32,000 bases of DNA from Candidatus Johnevansia muelleri (GTDB lineage: Bacteria; Pseudomonadota; Gammaproteobacteria; Johnevansiales; Johnevansiaceae), in the NCBI GenBank assembly GCA_000953435.1, contig LM655252.1:30001-62000 (forward strand). Direction: 5' to 3'. Positions 1 through 12,807 of this stretch are shown here, one piece after another. Under the pieces are notes generated by a model. That model was not told the origin of the DNA. It did not search any database and saw only the letters and a list, made by a program, of their open reading frames with translations. Within the stretch, counting starts at the first letter, position 1. Each line of letters begins with the position of its first letter. The translations under genes were made by a program, and so were the position numbers.

Positions 1-59
1 ATTTTAAAAATAAAAATATTTTATATATGAAAATTTAAATCAAGTAAAAATTATATATA

Positions 60-713
60 CTAATTTCTTAAACTTATTATAGGCCAATTTTTTATTTTTG
101 CTATATTTCGTAATTTATAATCTGGATCAACCGTAATAGGATAATCTACAAATTTTAATAAGGGTAAATCATTAATAGAATCACTATAGAAACTGGCACC
201 TTTTATATCAAATTTGTTATTTTTTAACCATTGTTTTAATTTAATAATTTTTCCATGTTTAAAACTAGGAACTCCGATAAAATTACCAGTATATTTTTTT
301 TCTTTAATTTCTATGTCTGTTGCAATAATATCATCAACTTTTAACCTATTAGCAATAGGTTGGGTAATAAATTTATTAGTAGCAGTTATTATTAAAATAT
401 ATTTACCTTTAGATTTATGATTTTCAATAAGTAATTCAGCTTTGGGTAAAATTATTGGTTCAATTATTTCTTTCATATATTGATCATGTAAATTATTTAA
501 TTTTATTAAAGAAAATTTTGATAAAATACGTAATGAAAAATAAAAATAATCCATAATCTTAAGATTTCCGTATGTATAATCTTTTAAAAATTGATCATTT
601 ATTTTTCTATATTTTAAGTGTATTATACCTTTTTTTATTAAATATTCTACCCAAGCATGATCACTATCACCATTTATAAGTGTATTATCAAGATCAAAAA
701 TAGCTAATTTCAA
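60..713 (-). CDS. HAD superfamily subfamily IB hydrolase (SerB-like phosphatase); substrate not determinable
   Basis: Carries HAD motif I 'FDLDNTL' (DxDxT) at residues 6-12, motif II 'IITATN', and motif III/IV 'K...YSDSINDLPLL'. The start codon is TTG at 711-713 (minus strand), preceded by AAGGA 6-7 nt upstream. No in-frame ATG lies upstream before a stop. Confidence 0.75.
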   Translation of the reverse strand: MKLAIFDLDNTLINGDSDHAWVEYLIKKGIIHLKYRKINDQFLKDYTYGNLKIMDYFYFSLRILSKFSLIKLNNLHDQYMKEIIEPIILPKAELLIENHKSKGKYILIITATNKFITQPIANRLKVDDIIATDIEIKEKKYTGNFIGVPSFKHGKIIKLKQWLKNNKFDIKGASFYSDSINDLPLLKFVDYPITVDPDYKLRNIAKIKNWPIISLRN

Positions 714-772
714 AATAATCCTTATATAGTATTATTTAAATTATATTTATAAGAATATATTGGAGATGAGAA

Positions 773-2617
773 ATGCCCCAATATCGGTCCAGAACTACAA
801 CATATGGCCGTAAAAATGTTGGGGCTCGTGCTTTATGGCGAGCTACTTCTATGAAGGATGAAGATTTCAAAAAACCAATTATAGCAATTGCTAATTCTTA
901 TACTCAATTTGTTCCCGGTCATATTCATTTAAAAAATATGGGGGAATTAGTTGCTGAAGAAATAGCAATTGCTGGTGGGGTTTCTAAAGAATTCAATACT
1001 ATTGCTGTTGACGATGGAATAGCTATGGGTCATGATGGAATGCTTTATTCATTACCATCACGTGATATAATAGCTGATTCTATTGAATATATGGTTAATG
1101 CTCATTGTGCAGATGCTTTGGTATGTATTTCTAATTGTGATAAAATTACACCAGGAATGTTAATGGCAGCAATGCGTCTTAATTTACCAGTAGTATTTGT
1201 TTCTGGTGGTCCTATGGAGTCAGGTAAGACTAAATTATTTGATTATAATATAAATTTAGTTGACGCAATAGTTATGGCAGCTGATGAAAAAATTAATGAT
1301 GAAACTCTTGAAGAAATTGAACGTATTGCATGCCCAACATGTGGGAGCTGTTCAGGTATGTTTACTGCGAATTCCATGAATTGTTTAATTGAAGCATTGG
1401 GATTAGCAATGCCAGGTAATGGTACTTTGTTAGCTACTCATATTGCTCGTAAGCAATTATTTAAAGTAGCTGGAAAAAAAATTGTAGAAATAACAAAAAT
1501 GTTTTATGAAAATAATGAAAAAAATATACTTCCTCGTTTTATTGCATTAAAAGGTGCTTTAAAAAATGCCATGATGCTTGATATTGCAATGGGTGGGTCA
1601 ACTAATACGATTCTTCATTTATTAGCAGCAGCACAAGAAGCTGAAATTGATTTTAATATTTCTGATATTGATAAACTTTCAAAAATAGTACCTCAATTAT
1701 GCAAATTAGCCCCAAATACACGTAAATATCATATTGAAGATTGTCACAGAGCAGGTGGAATAATGGGAATTTTAGGAGAATTAGATCGTGCAGGTATATT
1801 AAAAACATCAATACCAACTATATATAGTAAGACTTTAAAAGAAGCATTAGATGAATGGGATATCATGCGAAATAAAAATTCCCCAATAATTGAATTTTAT
1901 AAATCAGCTCCTGGTAGAAATATCACTCAAACAGCGTTTTCTCAGTGCAATAAATGGAATACTATTGATAATGATCGTATACACGGTTGTATACGTAATA
2001 TTAAAAATGCTTTTTCACATGAAGGTGGTATAGCAGTATTATTTGGTAATATTGCTCATAATGGATGTTTAGTAAAAACTGCAGGTGTTGATGATTCTAT
2101 TATTATTTTTAAAGGACCAGCACATGTAGTAGAGTCACAAGATCAAGCTGTAGATAATATTATTATTGGTAAAGTAAAACCTGGTGATGTTATTGTAATT
2201 CGTTATGAAGGGCCAAAAGGTGGGCCAGGTATGCAAGAAATGCTTTATCCTACTTCTTATTTAAAATCTAATGGTTTGAATAAATATTGTGCGTTAATTA
2301 CTGACGGGAGATTTTCTGGAGGTACATCAGGTTTATCTATAGGACATATTTCGCCTGAAGCCGCATCTGGCGGGTCACTTGGATTAATTGAAAATGGCGA
2401 TTTAATTAGTATTAATATTCCTAATAGATCAATAAATGTAATTATTGATAATATAGTATTTATTAAAAGACGTAAATTAATGGAATTACGTGGAAATAAA
2501 TCATGGAAACCTAAAACTTTTCGGTCCCGTAAAATTTCTTATGCATTAAAAGCTTATGCTATGTTAGTTACTTCAGCTGATTTAGGTGCAGTAAGAGATA
2601 TAAAAAAATTGGTATAA
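773..2617 (+). CDS. ilvD: dihydroxy-acid dehydratase
   Basis: The N-terminus '[27 protein letters not shown]' is near-collinear with E. coli IlvD. The Fe-S cysteine motifs '[12 protein letters not shown]' and '[18 protein letters not shown]' are present. Length is 614 aa (E. coli about 616). GGAG lies at 762-765, 7 nt before the ATG. Confidence 0.95.
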   Translation: MPQYRSRTTTYGRKNVGARALWRATSMKDEDFKKPIIAIANSYTQFVPGHIHLKNMGELVAEEIAIAGGVSKEFNTIAVDDGIAMGHDGMLYSLPSRDIIADSIEYMVNAHCADALVCISNCDKITPGMLMAAMRLNLPVVFVSGGPMESGKTKLFDYNINLVDAIVMAADEKINDETLEEIERIACPTCGSCSGMFTANSMNCLIEALGLAMPGNGTLLATHIARKQLFKVAGKKIVEITKMFYENNEKNILPRFIALKGALKNAMMLDIAMGGSTNTILHLLAAAQEAEIDFNISDIDKLSKIVPQLCKLAPNTRKYHIEDCHRAGGIMGILGELDRAGILKTSIPTIYSKTLKEALDEWDIMRNKNSPIIEFYKSAPGRNITQTAFSQCNKWNTIDNDRIHGCIRNIKNAFSHEGGIAVLFGNIAHNGCLVKTAGVDDSIIIFKGPAHVVESQDQAVDNIIIGKVKPGDVIVIRYEGPKGGPGMQEMLYPTSYLKSNGLNKYCALITDGRFSGGTSGLSIGHISPEAASGGSLGLIENGDLISINIPNRSINVIIDNIVFIKRRKLMELRGNKSWKPKTFRSRKISYALKAYAMLVTSADLGAVRDIKKLV

Positions 2618-2673
2618 ATTATTATTGTTTATTATACTCTATTATTTAATATCAAGCTAAAATTACTATATTA

Positions 2674-4239
2674 ATGAATAAGTATAGCTATTCTAAAGAT
2701 GGTATAAATTTTAATTTAAATAAAACTAATTTAATTGAAATATCTTTGTTACGATGTGAAACTAAGTTAGCTAATAATGGTGCCGTGTGTGCAGAAACCG
2801 GTATCCGATCAGGAAGATCACCTGATGATCGCTTTATAGTTTATGATCAGTTTACACAATGGGAAATTGATTGGGGAGAGTTTAATAAGCCTTTTGATAT
2901 TAAGTATTTTGAAGCATTATGGTTACGTCTAGGTAATTATCTCAATAATAGAGAAAGTTTTATTTCTCTACTACATGTTTGTGCTGATCCTATACATTAT
3001 CAACCAATTAGAATAATTGCTGAAAGTTCATGGCATATGTTATTTTCAAAAATAATGTTTATTAGTCCTAAGAAATTTAATCCTGTAAATAAACAGGAAT
3101 GGATTATTTTTATTGCACCATTGTTTAATTGTATCCCAATAAGAGATAATACTAATAGCGAATATACAACAATTATAGATTTTAAGAAAAAAAGAATATT
3201 AATTATAATGCATTATGCCGGAGAAATTAAAAAATCAATGTTTTCCGTGCTTAATTTTATATTACCGGAACAAGGTATATTGCCTATGCATTGTAGTGCA
3301 AATGTAGGTGAAGATAAAAACACTACATTATTTTTTGGACTTTCTGGGACTGGAAAAACAACCTTATCATCAGATCCTAATCGTTACTTAATTGGTGATG
3401 ATGAACATGGTTGGAAAAATGGATCAGTTTTTAATTATGAAGGTGGGTGCTATGCTAAAACAAGTAATATTTCTATTAATAATGACCCAGTTATATGGAA
3501 TGCTATTAAGTTTGGTACTTTACTTGAAAATGTATTTATAGACGAGAATAGTATTCCAGATTATGATAATATGACAATTTCATCAAATAGCAGAGCAGCT
3601 TATCCATTAGAATTTATTAAGAATCGTGTATTTTATAATTATGCTAATGAGCCAATTGCTATTGTGTTTTTAACATGTGATATGACAGGTATTATTCCAA
3701 TGGTTTCTTTATTATCTAAAGAGGCAGCTGCTTATCACTTTATTTCCGGTTATACAGCTAAAATAGGTTCAACAGAAATAAGTGCTAATTCTAATTTAAT
3801 ATTAGAATCCACATTTTCAACTTGTTTTGGTGCACCTTTTTTTCCTAGAGCATATGACATATATGCTAAATTATTAATTAATAGAATTTCCTTATTCAAA
3901 ACAAATGTTTATATCGTAAATACAGGTTGGACCGGGGGGTTTTATGGTGGAAAATTAGGAAACCGAATTAATATTAGTATAACAAGACAAATTATAAATG
4001 CAATCCAACAAGGTAAATTAATTAATACTAAAAATAATTATATACCAGGATTAAATTTATTTATACCTATTTATTTAGAATGTATAAATTCCAAATTTAT
4101 TAATCCTAGGAATACATGGAGAAATAAAAAATTATACGATAAAAAAGCCAAAAAGTTAATTTTAAAATTTATTAATAATTTTTCCAAATTTCAAAATATA
4201 GATAAATCAATTATTAATGCAGGTCCATATATATTATAA
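2674..4239 (+). CDS. pckA: phosphoenolpyruvate carboxykinase (ATP)
   Basis: Contains the kinase-1a loop 'GLSGTGKTTLS' plus 'LIGDDEHGW', 'EGGCYAK', 'MHCSANVGE' and 'VNTGWTGG'. It is collinear with E. coli PckA over the full length (521 aa). Confidence 0.93.
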   Translation: MNKYSYSKDGINFNLNKTNLIEISLLRCETKLANNGAVCAETGIRSGRSPDDRFIVYDQFTQWEIDWGEFNKPFDIKYFEALWLRLGNYLNNRESFISLLHVCADPIHYQPIRIIAESSWHMLFSKIMFISPKKFNPVNKQEWIIFIAPLFNCIPIRDNTNSEYTTIIDFKKKRILIIMHYAGEIKKSMFSVLNFILPEQGILPMHCSANVGEDKNTTLFFGLSGTGKTTLSSDPNRYLIGDDEHGWKNGSVFNYEGGCYAKTSNISINNDPVIWNAIKFGTLLENVFIDENSIPDYDNMTISSNSRAAYPLEFIKNRVFYNYANEPIAIVFLTCDMTGIIPMVSLLSKEAAAYHFISGYTAKIGSTEISANSNLILESTFSTCFGAPFFPRAYDIYAKLLINRISLFKTNVYIVNTGWTGGFYGGKLGNRINISITRQIINAIQQGKLINTKNNYIPGLNLFIPIYLECINSKFINPRNTWRNKKLYDKKAKKLILKFINNFSKFQNIDKSIINAGPYIL

Positions 4240-4265
4240 TATTTTATTTACAAGTAGAGAAAATA

Positions 4266-5888
4266 ATGTTAATTAATAAAAAATTAATATGGAAAGTTCT
4301 AAAAAATCATTTTAATGAACTTAAAGATATACACATAAAAACCCTTTTTAATAAAGGACATCGTTTTAAATTCTTTTCGCGGGAAGCAGTAGGTATTACA
4401 TTAGATTTTTCTAAACAAAAAATATCCTTAAAAACACTTAATTTATTATTAGAATTAGCTAAAGAAGCAGAAGTTAGTAAAGCTATTAATAAACTTATGT
4501 CTGGTAATTATATTAACGTTACAGAAAATCGTCATGTACTTCATACAGCATTAAGATCTAATAAAAAAGCATATATAGAATTAAATGGTAAAAATATTAT
4601 TCCACAAATACATGCATCTCTTAATAAAATGTCTAATATTGTTAATCTTTTAAATTATGGTAAATGGAAAGGTGTAAATGGAAAAATTATTACTGATGTT
4701 GTAAATATTGGAGTTGGAGGTTCTGATCTAGGTCCTAAAATGATTTCAATGGCACTAAGAGGATTTATGTCTGCTGATATTTGCAATATAAACGTACATT
4801 TTGCATCAACAATTGATGGTACTCAATTATTTGATATTTTACCTAACCTTAATCCCGATACAACTCTATTTATTTATTCTTCTAAATCTTTTACAACAAT
4901 AGATACTCAAATTAACGCAGATACTGCACTTATATGGCTAAAAAATAACCTTAATAAACCAGAAGATATAATTAAAAAGCACCATTTTATAGGGGTTTCT
5001 ACTAATACAGATAAAATGACTAAATGGGGATTGAATAAAGAAAATCAACTTGAATTCTTGGATGAAGTAGGTGGGCGTTATTCATTATGGGGTGCTATTG
5101 GATTAATAATTGCAATTCGTATTGGAATGAAAAATTTCCTTAGATTATTATCAGGAGCTTCCAATATGGATGAACACTTTCGTTCTGCTTCTTTAGAAAA
5201 TAACTTACCAGTAATATTAGCCTTAATAGGAATATGGAATATTAATTTTTTAAATATTCCTTCGCATGTAGTTTTACCTTACGATGGGCATCTAAAATTT
5301 TTACCTAGTTATTTACAACAACTTGAAATGGAATCTAATGGTAAATCTATAACTAATGACTCACAATTGGTTGATTATTTTACTTGTCCTATTATTTGGG
5401 GGGAAGTGGGTCCAAATGGACAACATGCTTTCTATCAACTTTTACATCAAGGTACTCAATCAGTATCTTGTGATTTTATAGTTTCTATAAATCCTTATCA
5501 TGAAATAAAACCAGAATATTTACGTGATAGACTTAATATGCAACATCTTCTAGTATTAGCTAATTGTTTTGCCCAATCTAGAATTTTAATGTTAGGCAAT
5601 AATGATAATTCTCATAAACATTATTTTGGTAATAAACCTTCATCAACTATACTACTTAATACTATTTCTCCTGAAATTATAGGGTCTCTAATTGCTCTTT
5701 ATGAACATAAAGTATTTGTACAAGGTATAATTTGGGGAATTAATTCATTTGATCAATGGGGGGTAGAATTAGGTAAAAAAATAGCAAATGAAACTTATAG
5801 TATAATGACCTCTGGCCACGGAGCTGATATATTAGATGATTCAAGTTCTAATTTAATAAAATATGTATGGAATAATATAAAAAATTAA
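4266..5888 (+). CDS. pgi: glucose-6-phosphate isomerase
   Basis: PGI signatures are present: 'GVGGSDLGP', 'SKSFTTIDT', 'GGRYSLWGAIG', 'LEMESNGK' and 'GQHAFYQLLHQGT'. Length is 540 aa. Confidence 0.93.
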   Translation: MLINKKLIWKVLKNHFNELKDIHIKTLFNKGHRFKFFSREAVGITLDFSKQKISLKTLNLLLELAKEAEVSKAINKLMSGNYINVTENRHVLHTALRSNKKAYIELNGKNIIPQIHASLNKMSNIVNLLNYGKWKGVNGKIITDVVNIGVGGSDLGPKMISMALRGFMSADICNINVHFASTIDGTQLFDILPNLNPDTTLFIYSSKSFTTIDTQINADTALIWLKNNLNKPEDIIKKHHFIGVSTNTDKMTKWGLNKENQLEFLDEVGGRYSLWGAIGLIIAIRIGMKNFLRLLSGASNMDEHFRSASLENNLPVILALIGIWNINFLNIPSHVVLPYDGHLKFLPSYLQQLEMESNGKSITNDSQLVDYFTCPIIWGEVGPNGQHAFYQLLHQGTQSVSCDFIVSINPYHEIKPEYLRDRLNMQHLLVLANCFAQSRILMLGNNDNSHKHYFGNKPSSTILLNTISPEIIGSLIALYEHKVFVQGIIWGINSFDQWGVELGKKIANETYSIMTSGHGADILDDSSSNLIKYVWNNIKN

Positions 5889-5938
5889 ATTGTAATATAT
5901 AAAATATCATTTATACGCATAGGTTTTAAAGTATTTTT

Positions 5939-7624
5939 ATGAAAACTAGTATTCATTTCGCGTCTTCTTTCAAAAAGTATCGTTCGTTTCCAAATGTACA
6001 TATTAATAGGACATGGCCATCTAATATTATAAATAAAGCTCCTATTTGGGCTAGCGTTGATATGCGTGATGGTAATCAATCACTCATAGATCCTATGGAT
6101 GTTGAACGTAAAAAAAGATTTTTTGAAATGTTAGTGCATATTGGTTTTAAACAAATTGAAGTAGGATTTCCTTCAGCATCACAAATAGATTTTGATTTTA
6201 TTCGTGTCTTAATAGAAGAATCCATGATTCCTGATAATATTATTATTCAGGTTTTAACCCCTGCACGTGCATCTTTAATTAAACGAACTTTTGAAGCTAT
6301 TAAAGGAGTTAAAAAAGCAATAGTTCACCTTTATAATGCTACTTCTCCATTATTTCGGAATTTAGTTTTAAAATTAGACAAGCAGTCTTGTAAAAATTTA
6401 GCAGTACATCATACAGCGTTAATTGCTAATTTAATGAAATTACATCCTGAAACGAATTGGATATTTCAATATTCTCCTGAACATTTTACAACTACTGAAC
6501 GTGATTTTTCTATAGATGTTTGTGAAACAGTTATGGATACATTTGGAGCTACAGTTGATAAACCAGTTATTATTAATTTACCTGCTACTGTTGAAGTTTC
6601 AACACCTAATATATATGCTGATCAAATAGAATGGTTTTGTAGCCATATAAGTGAAAGAAATAGAGCAATTATTAGTTTGCATCCTCATAATGATAGAGGT
6701 ACAGGAATTGCTGCTGCTGAACTAGGTATAATGGCTGGAGCAGATCGTATTGAGGGTACATTATTTGGTAATGGAGAGCGTACTGGAAATGTCGATATTG
6801 TTACTATAGCTATGAATTTATATACACAAGGAATAGATCCAGAATTAGATTTTTCTAATGTTAAATTAATTATGCGAGAAGTGGAATATTGTAATCAATT
6901 ACCTATACATCCTAGACATCCTTATGTTGGTGAGTTAGTTTTTACAGCTTTTTCAGGTACACATCAAGATGCCATAAAAAAAGGACTTGATAAACGGTGC
7001 AATGACATTAATAGTGAAAACTTATGGGAAGTGCCTTATCTACCAGTTGATCCAATTGATTTAGGTCGTAGTTATAAAGCAGTAATACGTGTTAATAGTC
7101 AATCAGGTAAAGGTGGGATTTCATATATTTTAGAGCAAGATTATGGGATTATATTACCACGTAGATTATCTATAGAATTCAGTAAAATAGTTAAAGAAAT
7201 TGCTGATAAAACTGGAAAAGAAATTACTTCAGAAATGATTCATACTACTTTTTTTGAAGAATATTGTAGAGATATTCCTTATAGGTTATTACTTATAAAA
7301 ATTAATAATATTGGAAAAATTAAAATATCTGCTATAATTAAAAATTACCAAAATGGTAAAAAATATTATTTAAATGGATTAGGTATAGAACCTGTTTCAG
7401 TATTTACAAATGCTTTAATTAAAAATAATTTTGATATTTCTGTAATTGATTATAAAGAAAGTTATCGTGGTGCAGAATCAATTACATTTATTGAAATACG
7501 TGAAAAATCTATCGATACTTACGGTGTAGGATTTCATACTAATACCACTATTTCTGCAATTATGGCAATTATATCTGCAATAAATAGTAATTATATAAAA
7601 TTTAATTTTAACAAAATAATTTAA
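5939..7624 (+). CDS. leuA: 2-isopropylmalate synthase, long (LeuA type 2) form
   Basis: Contains 'RTWPSNIINKAPIWASVDMRDGNQS' (DGNQ rather than the enteric DGEQ), the HxH metal motif 'HPHNDRGTG', and 'GNGERTGN'. At 561 aa with a C-terminal regulatory domain, it resembles the actinobacterial/Pseudomonas-type enzyme. Confidence 0.93.
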   Translation: MKTSIHFASSFKKYRSFPNVHINRTWPSNIINKAPIWASVDMRDGNQSLIDPMDVERKKRFFEMLVHIGFKQIEVGFPSASQIDFDFIRVLIEESMIPDNIIIQVLTPARASLIKRTFEAIKGVKKAIVHLYNATSPLFRNLVLKLDKQSCKNLAVHHTALIANLMKLHPETNWIFQYSPEHFTTTERDFSIDVCETVMDTFGATVDKPVIINLPATVEVSTPNIYADQIEWFCSHISERNRAIISLHPHNDRGTGIAAAELGIMAGADRIEGTLFGNGERTGNVDIVTIAMNLYTQGIDPELDFSNVKLIMREVEYCNQLPIHPRHPYVGELVFTAFSGTHQDAIKKGLDKRCNDINSENLWEVPYLPVDPIDLGRSYKAVIRVNSQSGKGGISYILEQDYGIILPRRLSIEFSKIVKEIADKTGKEITSEMIHTTFFEEYCRDIPYRLLLIKINNIGKIKISAIIKNYQNGKKYYLNGLGIEPVSVFTNALIKNNFDISVIDYKESYRGAESITFIEIREKSIDTYGVGFHTNTTISAIMAIISAINSNYIKFNFNKII

Positions 7625-7625
7625 A

Positions 7626-9287
7626 ATGAACAATAAGATTAAAAATATAAACAAAATAAATATTTTATCTAATTATCTGACACAACAAATAGCTGCTGGT
7701 GAGATAATTGAAAGGCCTTCATCAGTATTTAAAGAATTAGTTGAAAATTCTATTGATGCTGGAAGTAATAATATTTATATTGAATTAGAAGGTGGTGGTA
7801 TTAATATGATAAAAATTATAGATGATGGTTGTGGAATAGCTAAACAAGAATTATTACTAGCAATTTCAAGACATACTACCAGTAAAATAAAAACTATTGA
7901 TGATTTAAAAAATATTACTACTTTAGGTTTCAGGGGAGAAGCATTAGCTGCAATTAGGTCAGTTTCTAAATTAGAAATTATTTCTAATATTTATGATATT
8001 AGAACCAAAGGTTGGCGTATATATACTGAAGGAATGAACGTTGTTAATACTATAATTCCATCGCCTCACTATAATGGTACTTCTATAATAATGCGTGATT
8101 TATTTTTCAATACCCCAGCTAGACGTAAGTTTTTATGTAAAGTAAAAACTGAATATGATCATATAGAAAAAATTTTTCGTTGTTTAGCATTATCTAGGTT
8201 TAATATTAACTGGACCTTAAAACATAATAAAAAAATAATATATAAATTATTTAATTCTAATAATACATATGATCGTGAAAAATATATTTCTGATATAATG
8301 AAGTGTAATTTTATTAATAATTCGTTATATGTAAATTTTAAAGAATCTAATTTAAAATTATGGGGATGGCTGGGACTACCTACTTATACTAGATATAACT
8401 CAGATCAACAATACTTTTTTGTTAATGGTCGTATTGTTCGTAATATTATAATACAGAATGCAATACGTAATGTTTATCATGATGTTTTATTTAGAGGACG
8501 AGAACCAATGTTTTTACTATATTTAGAATTGGATCCTAATCAAGTAGATATAAATGTACATCCTAATAAATCTAAAATTAGATTTCATGACTCTAATCGT
8601 ATATATAATTTTTTGTTTTTTAATTTAAATAAAGTATTAGCTAAAACTTATGCCGGATTTAATATTTTAAATAAAGATAATACACAATTAAAAAATAATA
8701 AAATTCCTAATTTAGGTTATGCATTAGCACAATTGCATAATTACATATTATCACAGAATATTAATGGTCTATTAATTGTTGATATCCATGCAGCTCACGA
8801 GCGAATTATTTATGAAAGACTTAAAAATCAAATAAATAACAGAAATATACAAACACAAATATTACTTATACCTATATCAATAACAGTATCTGAATTACAG
8901 CTTGATATAGCATTAAATAATAAAAAAATATTTAAAAAATTTGGAATAAAAATTTCTTCTGCTGGCCCAGAAACAATAGTGGTAAGGCAAATACCTACAT
9001 TAATTATTAACATGAAGCACAATCTACAAATAATAATACCTAAAATGATTGAAGAAATTCATAAATTTGGGCAATCAAATAATATTATTATTTATTTTAA
9101 TAAGATTTTATCTACTATAGCTTGTTATGCTAGTGTACGTGCTAATCGTATTTTAACAATTCCAGAAATGAATGCTTTATTACGTGATATGGAAATAACT
9201 GAAAGAAGTAACCAATGTAACCATGGCCGTCCTACTTTTATTGAATTATCACTTAATAATTTGGATAAGTTATTTTTACGTAGGTAA
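7626..9287 (+). CDS. mutL: DNA mismatch repair protein MutL (endonuclease-motif-bearing type)
   Basis: GHKL ATPase motifs 'ELVENSIDAG', 'DDGCGI' and 'GFRGEAL' are present. The C-terminus carries 'DIHAAHERIIYE' (pattern D-x-H-A-x2-E-x4-E) and 'CNHGRP'. The start ATG lies 1 nt after the leuA stop. Confidence 0.9.
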   Translation: MNNKIKNINKINILSNYLTQQIAAGEIIERPSSVFKELVENSIDAGSNNIYIELEGGGINMIKIIDDGCGIAKQELLLAISRHTTSKIKTIDDLKNITTLGFRGEALAAIRSVSKLEIISNIYDIRTKGWRIYTEGMNVVNTIIPSPHYNGTSIIMRDLFFNTPARRKFLCKVKTEYDHIEKIFRCLALSRFNINWTLKHNKKIIYKLFNSNNTYDREKYISDIMKCNFINNSLYVNFKESNLKLWGWLGLPTYTRYNSDQQYFFVNGRIVRNIIIQNAIRNVYHDVLFRGREPMFLLYLELDPNQVDINVHPNKSKIRFHDSNRIYNFLFFNLNKVLAKTYAGFNILNKDNTQLKNNKIPNLGYALAQLHNYILSQNINGLLIVDIHAAHERIIYERLKNQINNRNIQTQILLIPISITVSELQLDIALNNKKIFKKFGIKISSAGPETIVVRQIPTLIINMKHNLQIIIPKMIEEIHKFGQSNNIIIYFNKILSTIACYASVRANRILTIPEMNALLRDMEITERSNQCNHGRPTFIELSLNNLDKLFLRR

Positions 9288-9306
9288 TTTATATAAATTA
9301 TATTAA

Positions 9307-10602
<1,296 letters not shown>

Positions 10603-10623
10603 TAATATTATTTAAGGTGTATA

Positions 10624-12048
10624 ATGGATGCATATCCCCAAATTACAGATATAGATTATAAACAAGGTTTTTTTACTGATATAGATAGTGATACTATTTT
10701 ACCTGGATTAAATGAAAATGTTATAAAATTTATATCTAAAAATAAAAATGAGCCCCAGTGGATGCTAAATTGGCGTTTAGATGCATATAATCAATGGTTA
10801 AAAATGTCTCCCCCTAAATGGGCAAATATTAATATTCCATTAATTGATTATCAAAAAATTTCATACTTTAGTGCACCTATGTCTAAATATAATAAAAATT
10901 TTGATGATTTAGATCCTAAATTAATTGAAACTTATGAAAAGTTAGGTGTACCTTTACGTACAGATATTTCTGGTATTGCTATTGATGCAGTTTTTGATTC
11001 TGTTTCTGTTATAACTACATTTAAAAAAAAATTGTATGATGCAGGAGTAATATTTTGTTCCATTTCTGAAGCAATAACGAAATATCCAGAGATTGTTAAA
11101 AAATATATAGGTAAAATAGTGCCTAAATATGATAATTATTTTGCGGCATTAAATTCATCCGTATTTACTGATGGAACATTTGTATTTGTTCCTGAATATG
11201 TAACTTGTCCTATGGAACTATCTACTTATTTCCGGATTAATGCTCAAAATACTGGACAATTTGAAAGAACATTAATAATTTGTGATAAGGGAGCAACGGT
11301 TTCTTATCTTGAAGGTTGTACCGCTCCAGTAAGAAGTGAAAATCAACTACATGCAGCAGTTGTAGAATTAGTAGCGCTTGAAGATGCTTATATTAAGTAT
11401 TCTACTGTACAAAATTGGTATCCAGGTGATAAAAATGGAAATGGAGGTATTTTAAATTTTGTAACTAAGCGTGGGGATTGCAGAGGTGATAGATCACGTA
11501 TTAGTTGGACCCAAGTGGAAACTGGTTCTGCAATTACTTGGAAATATCCTTCGTGTTTACTTACTGGTAATAATTCACAAGGTGAATTTTACTCAGTTGC
11601 TGTTACTAATGGATATCAACAAGTTGATACAGGTAGTAAAATGATCCATATTGGTAAAGAAACAAAATCTACTATAATTTCTAAAGGAATTGCTGCAGGT
11701 AAATCTAATCAAAATTATAGAGGTTTAATAAAAATTATTTCTATAGCTGATAATGCACGTAATTTTACTCAATGTGACTCTTTATTAATAGGTGAATGTT
11801 GTGGGGCACATACTTTTCCTTATCAAGAAATAAAAAATTCAAATTCCAAAGTTGAGCATGAAGCAACTACTTCAAAAATAGGAGAGAATCAGTTATTTTA
11901 TTGTAGAAGCCGAGGCATATCACAAGAAGATGCTGTAAGCCTCATTGTAAATGGATTCTGTAAAGATGTATTTAAAAATCTTCCTCTTGAATTTGCAAGT
12001 GAGGCTAAATCCCTTCTTGAAATTACTCTAGAAGGATCTATAGGATAA
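10624..12048 (+). CDS. sufB: Fe-S cluster assembly scaffold protein SufB
   Basis: Shows full-length SufB-like collinearity, with the C-terminus '[22 protein letters not shown]'. It is followed directly by sufC, sufD and sufS. AAGGTG lies just upstream of the ATG. Confidence 0.93.
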   Translation: MDAYPQITDIDYKQGFFTDIDSDTILPGLNENVIKFISKNKNEPQWMLNWRLDAYNQWLKMSPPKWANINIPLIDYQKISYFSAPMSKYNKNFDDLDPKLIETYEKLGVPLRTDISGIAIDAVFDSVSVITTFKKKLYDAGVIFCSISEAITKYPEIVKKYIGKIVPKYDNYFAALNSSVFTDGTFVFVPEYVTCPMELSTYFRINAQNTGQFERTLIICDKGATVSYLEGCTAPVRSENQLHAAVVELVALEDAYIKYSTVQNWYPGDKNGNGGILNFVTKRGDCRGDRSRISWTQVETGSAITWKYPSCLLTGNNSQGEFYSVAVTNGYQQVDTGSKMIHIGKETKSTIISKGIAAGKSNQNYRGLIKIISIADNARNFTQCDSLLIGECCGAHTFPYQEIKNSNSKVEHEATTSKIGENQLFYCRSRGISQEDAVSLIVNGFCKDVFKNLPLEFASEAKSLLEITLEGSIG

Positions 12049-12054
12049 TATAAT

Positions 12055-12807
12055 ATGTTATATATAAAAAATCTACATATAAGTATAAATAAAAAAATAA
12101 TACTTAAAGGTATAAATTTAAATATTTTACCTGGTGAAATTCATGTTATAATGGGACCAAATGGTACAGGTAAATCAACTCTTACTGCAGTTTTATCAGG
12201 AAAAGATGGATATAAAATAAATTGTGGATCAATTATTTTTTCTGAAAAAGATTTACTTAATATGAAAGTTGAAGATCGTGCAAGAGCTGGATTAATTTTA
12301 AGTTTTCAATATCCAGTTGAAATTCCAGGAGTAAAAAACATTTATTTACTTCGTGCAGCATTAAATGCTAAGCGTATTGCTTATGGTAAAAAAGAAATTT
12401 CTATAGCCAATTTTATGAAATTAATTAATGAAAACCTGGCATTTATGAATATGGATAGTAGTTTTCTTCATCGGTGTGTAAATGAAAATTTTTCTGGTGG
12501 AGAGAAAAAAATAAATGAAATGTTTCAAATGTTAATTCTTAAACCAAAATTAGCATTACTTGACGAAATTGATTCAGGTCTTGATATTGATGCTCTTAAA
12601 ATAGTAGCTAATGGTATTAATTCATTGCGTACTAATAATAAATCAATTTTATTAGTTACACATTATAAACGTGTTTTGGAATATGTAGAACCAGATTATA
12701 TACATATATTATTAAATGGGCGAATCGCTAAATCAGGTGATAAAATGTTAGCATCAGAAATTGAATCTCATGGTTATAAAAGCATTATTAGTGGAGTATT
12801 ATCGTGA
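12055..12807 (+). CDS. sufC: Fe-S cluster assembly ATPase SufC
   Basis: Contains Walker A 'GPNGTGKST', ABC signature 'FSGGEKK', Walker B 'LALLDEIDSGLD' and H-loop 'LLVTHY'. Length is 250 aa. Confidence 0.95.
   Translation: MLYIKNLHISINKKIILKGINLNILPGEIHVIMGPNGTGKSTLTAVLSGKDGYKINCGSIIFSEKDLLNMKVEDRARAGLILSFQYPVEIPGVKNIYLLRAALNAKRIAYGKKEISIANFMKLINENLAFMNMDSSFLHRCVNENFSGGEKKINEMFQMLILKPKLALLDEIDSGLDIDALKIVANGINSLRTNNKSILLVTHYKRVLEYVEPDYIHILLNGRIAKSGDKMLASEIESHGYKSIISGVLS

Noticed and set aside
214-420. 68-aa plus-strand ORF from the track
   Set aside because: It lies entirely antisense within the HAD hydrolase gene, which has clear family motifs. The peptide is low-complexity and hydrophobic, which is typical of antisense frames in AT-rich DNA.
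5885-6079. 64-aa minus-strand ORF
   Set aside because: It is antisense across the pgi/leuA junction and the 5' end of leuA. It has no motifs or SD, and the sense-strand homology explains the region.
8828-9022. 64-aa minus-strand ORF
   Set aside because: It is antisense inside mutL and has no recognisable features.
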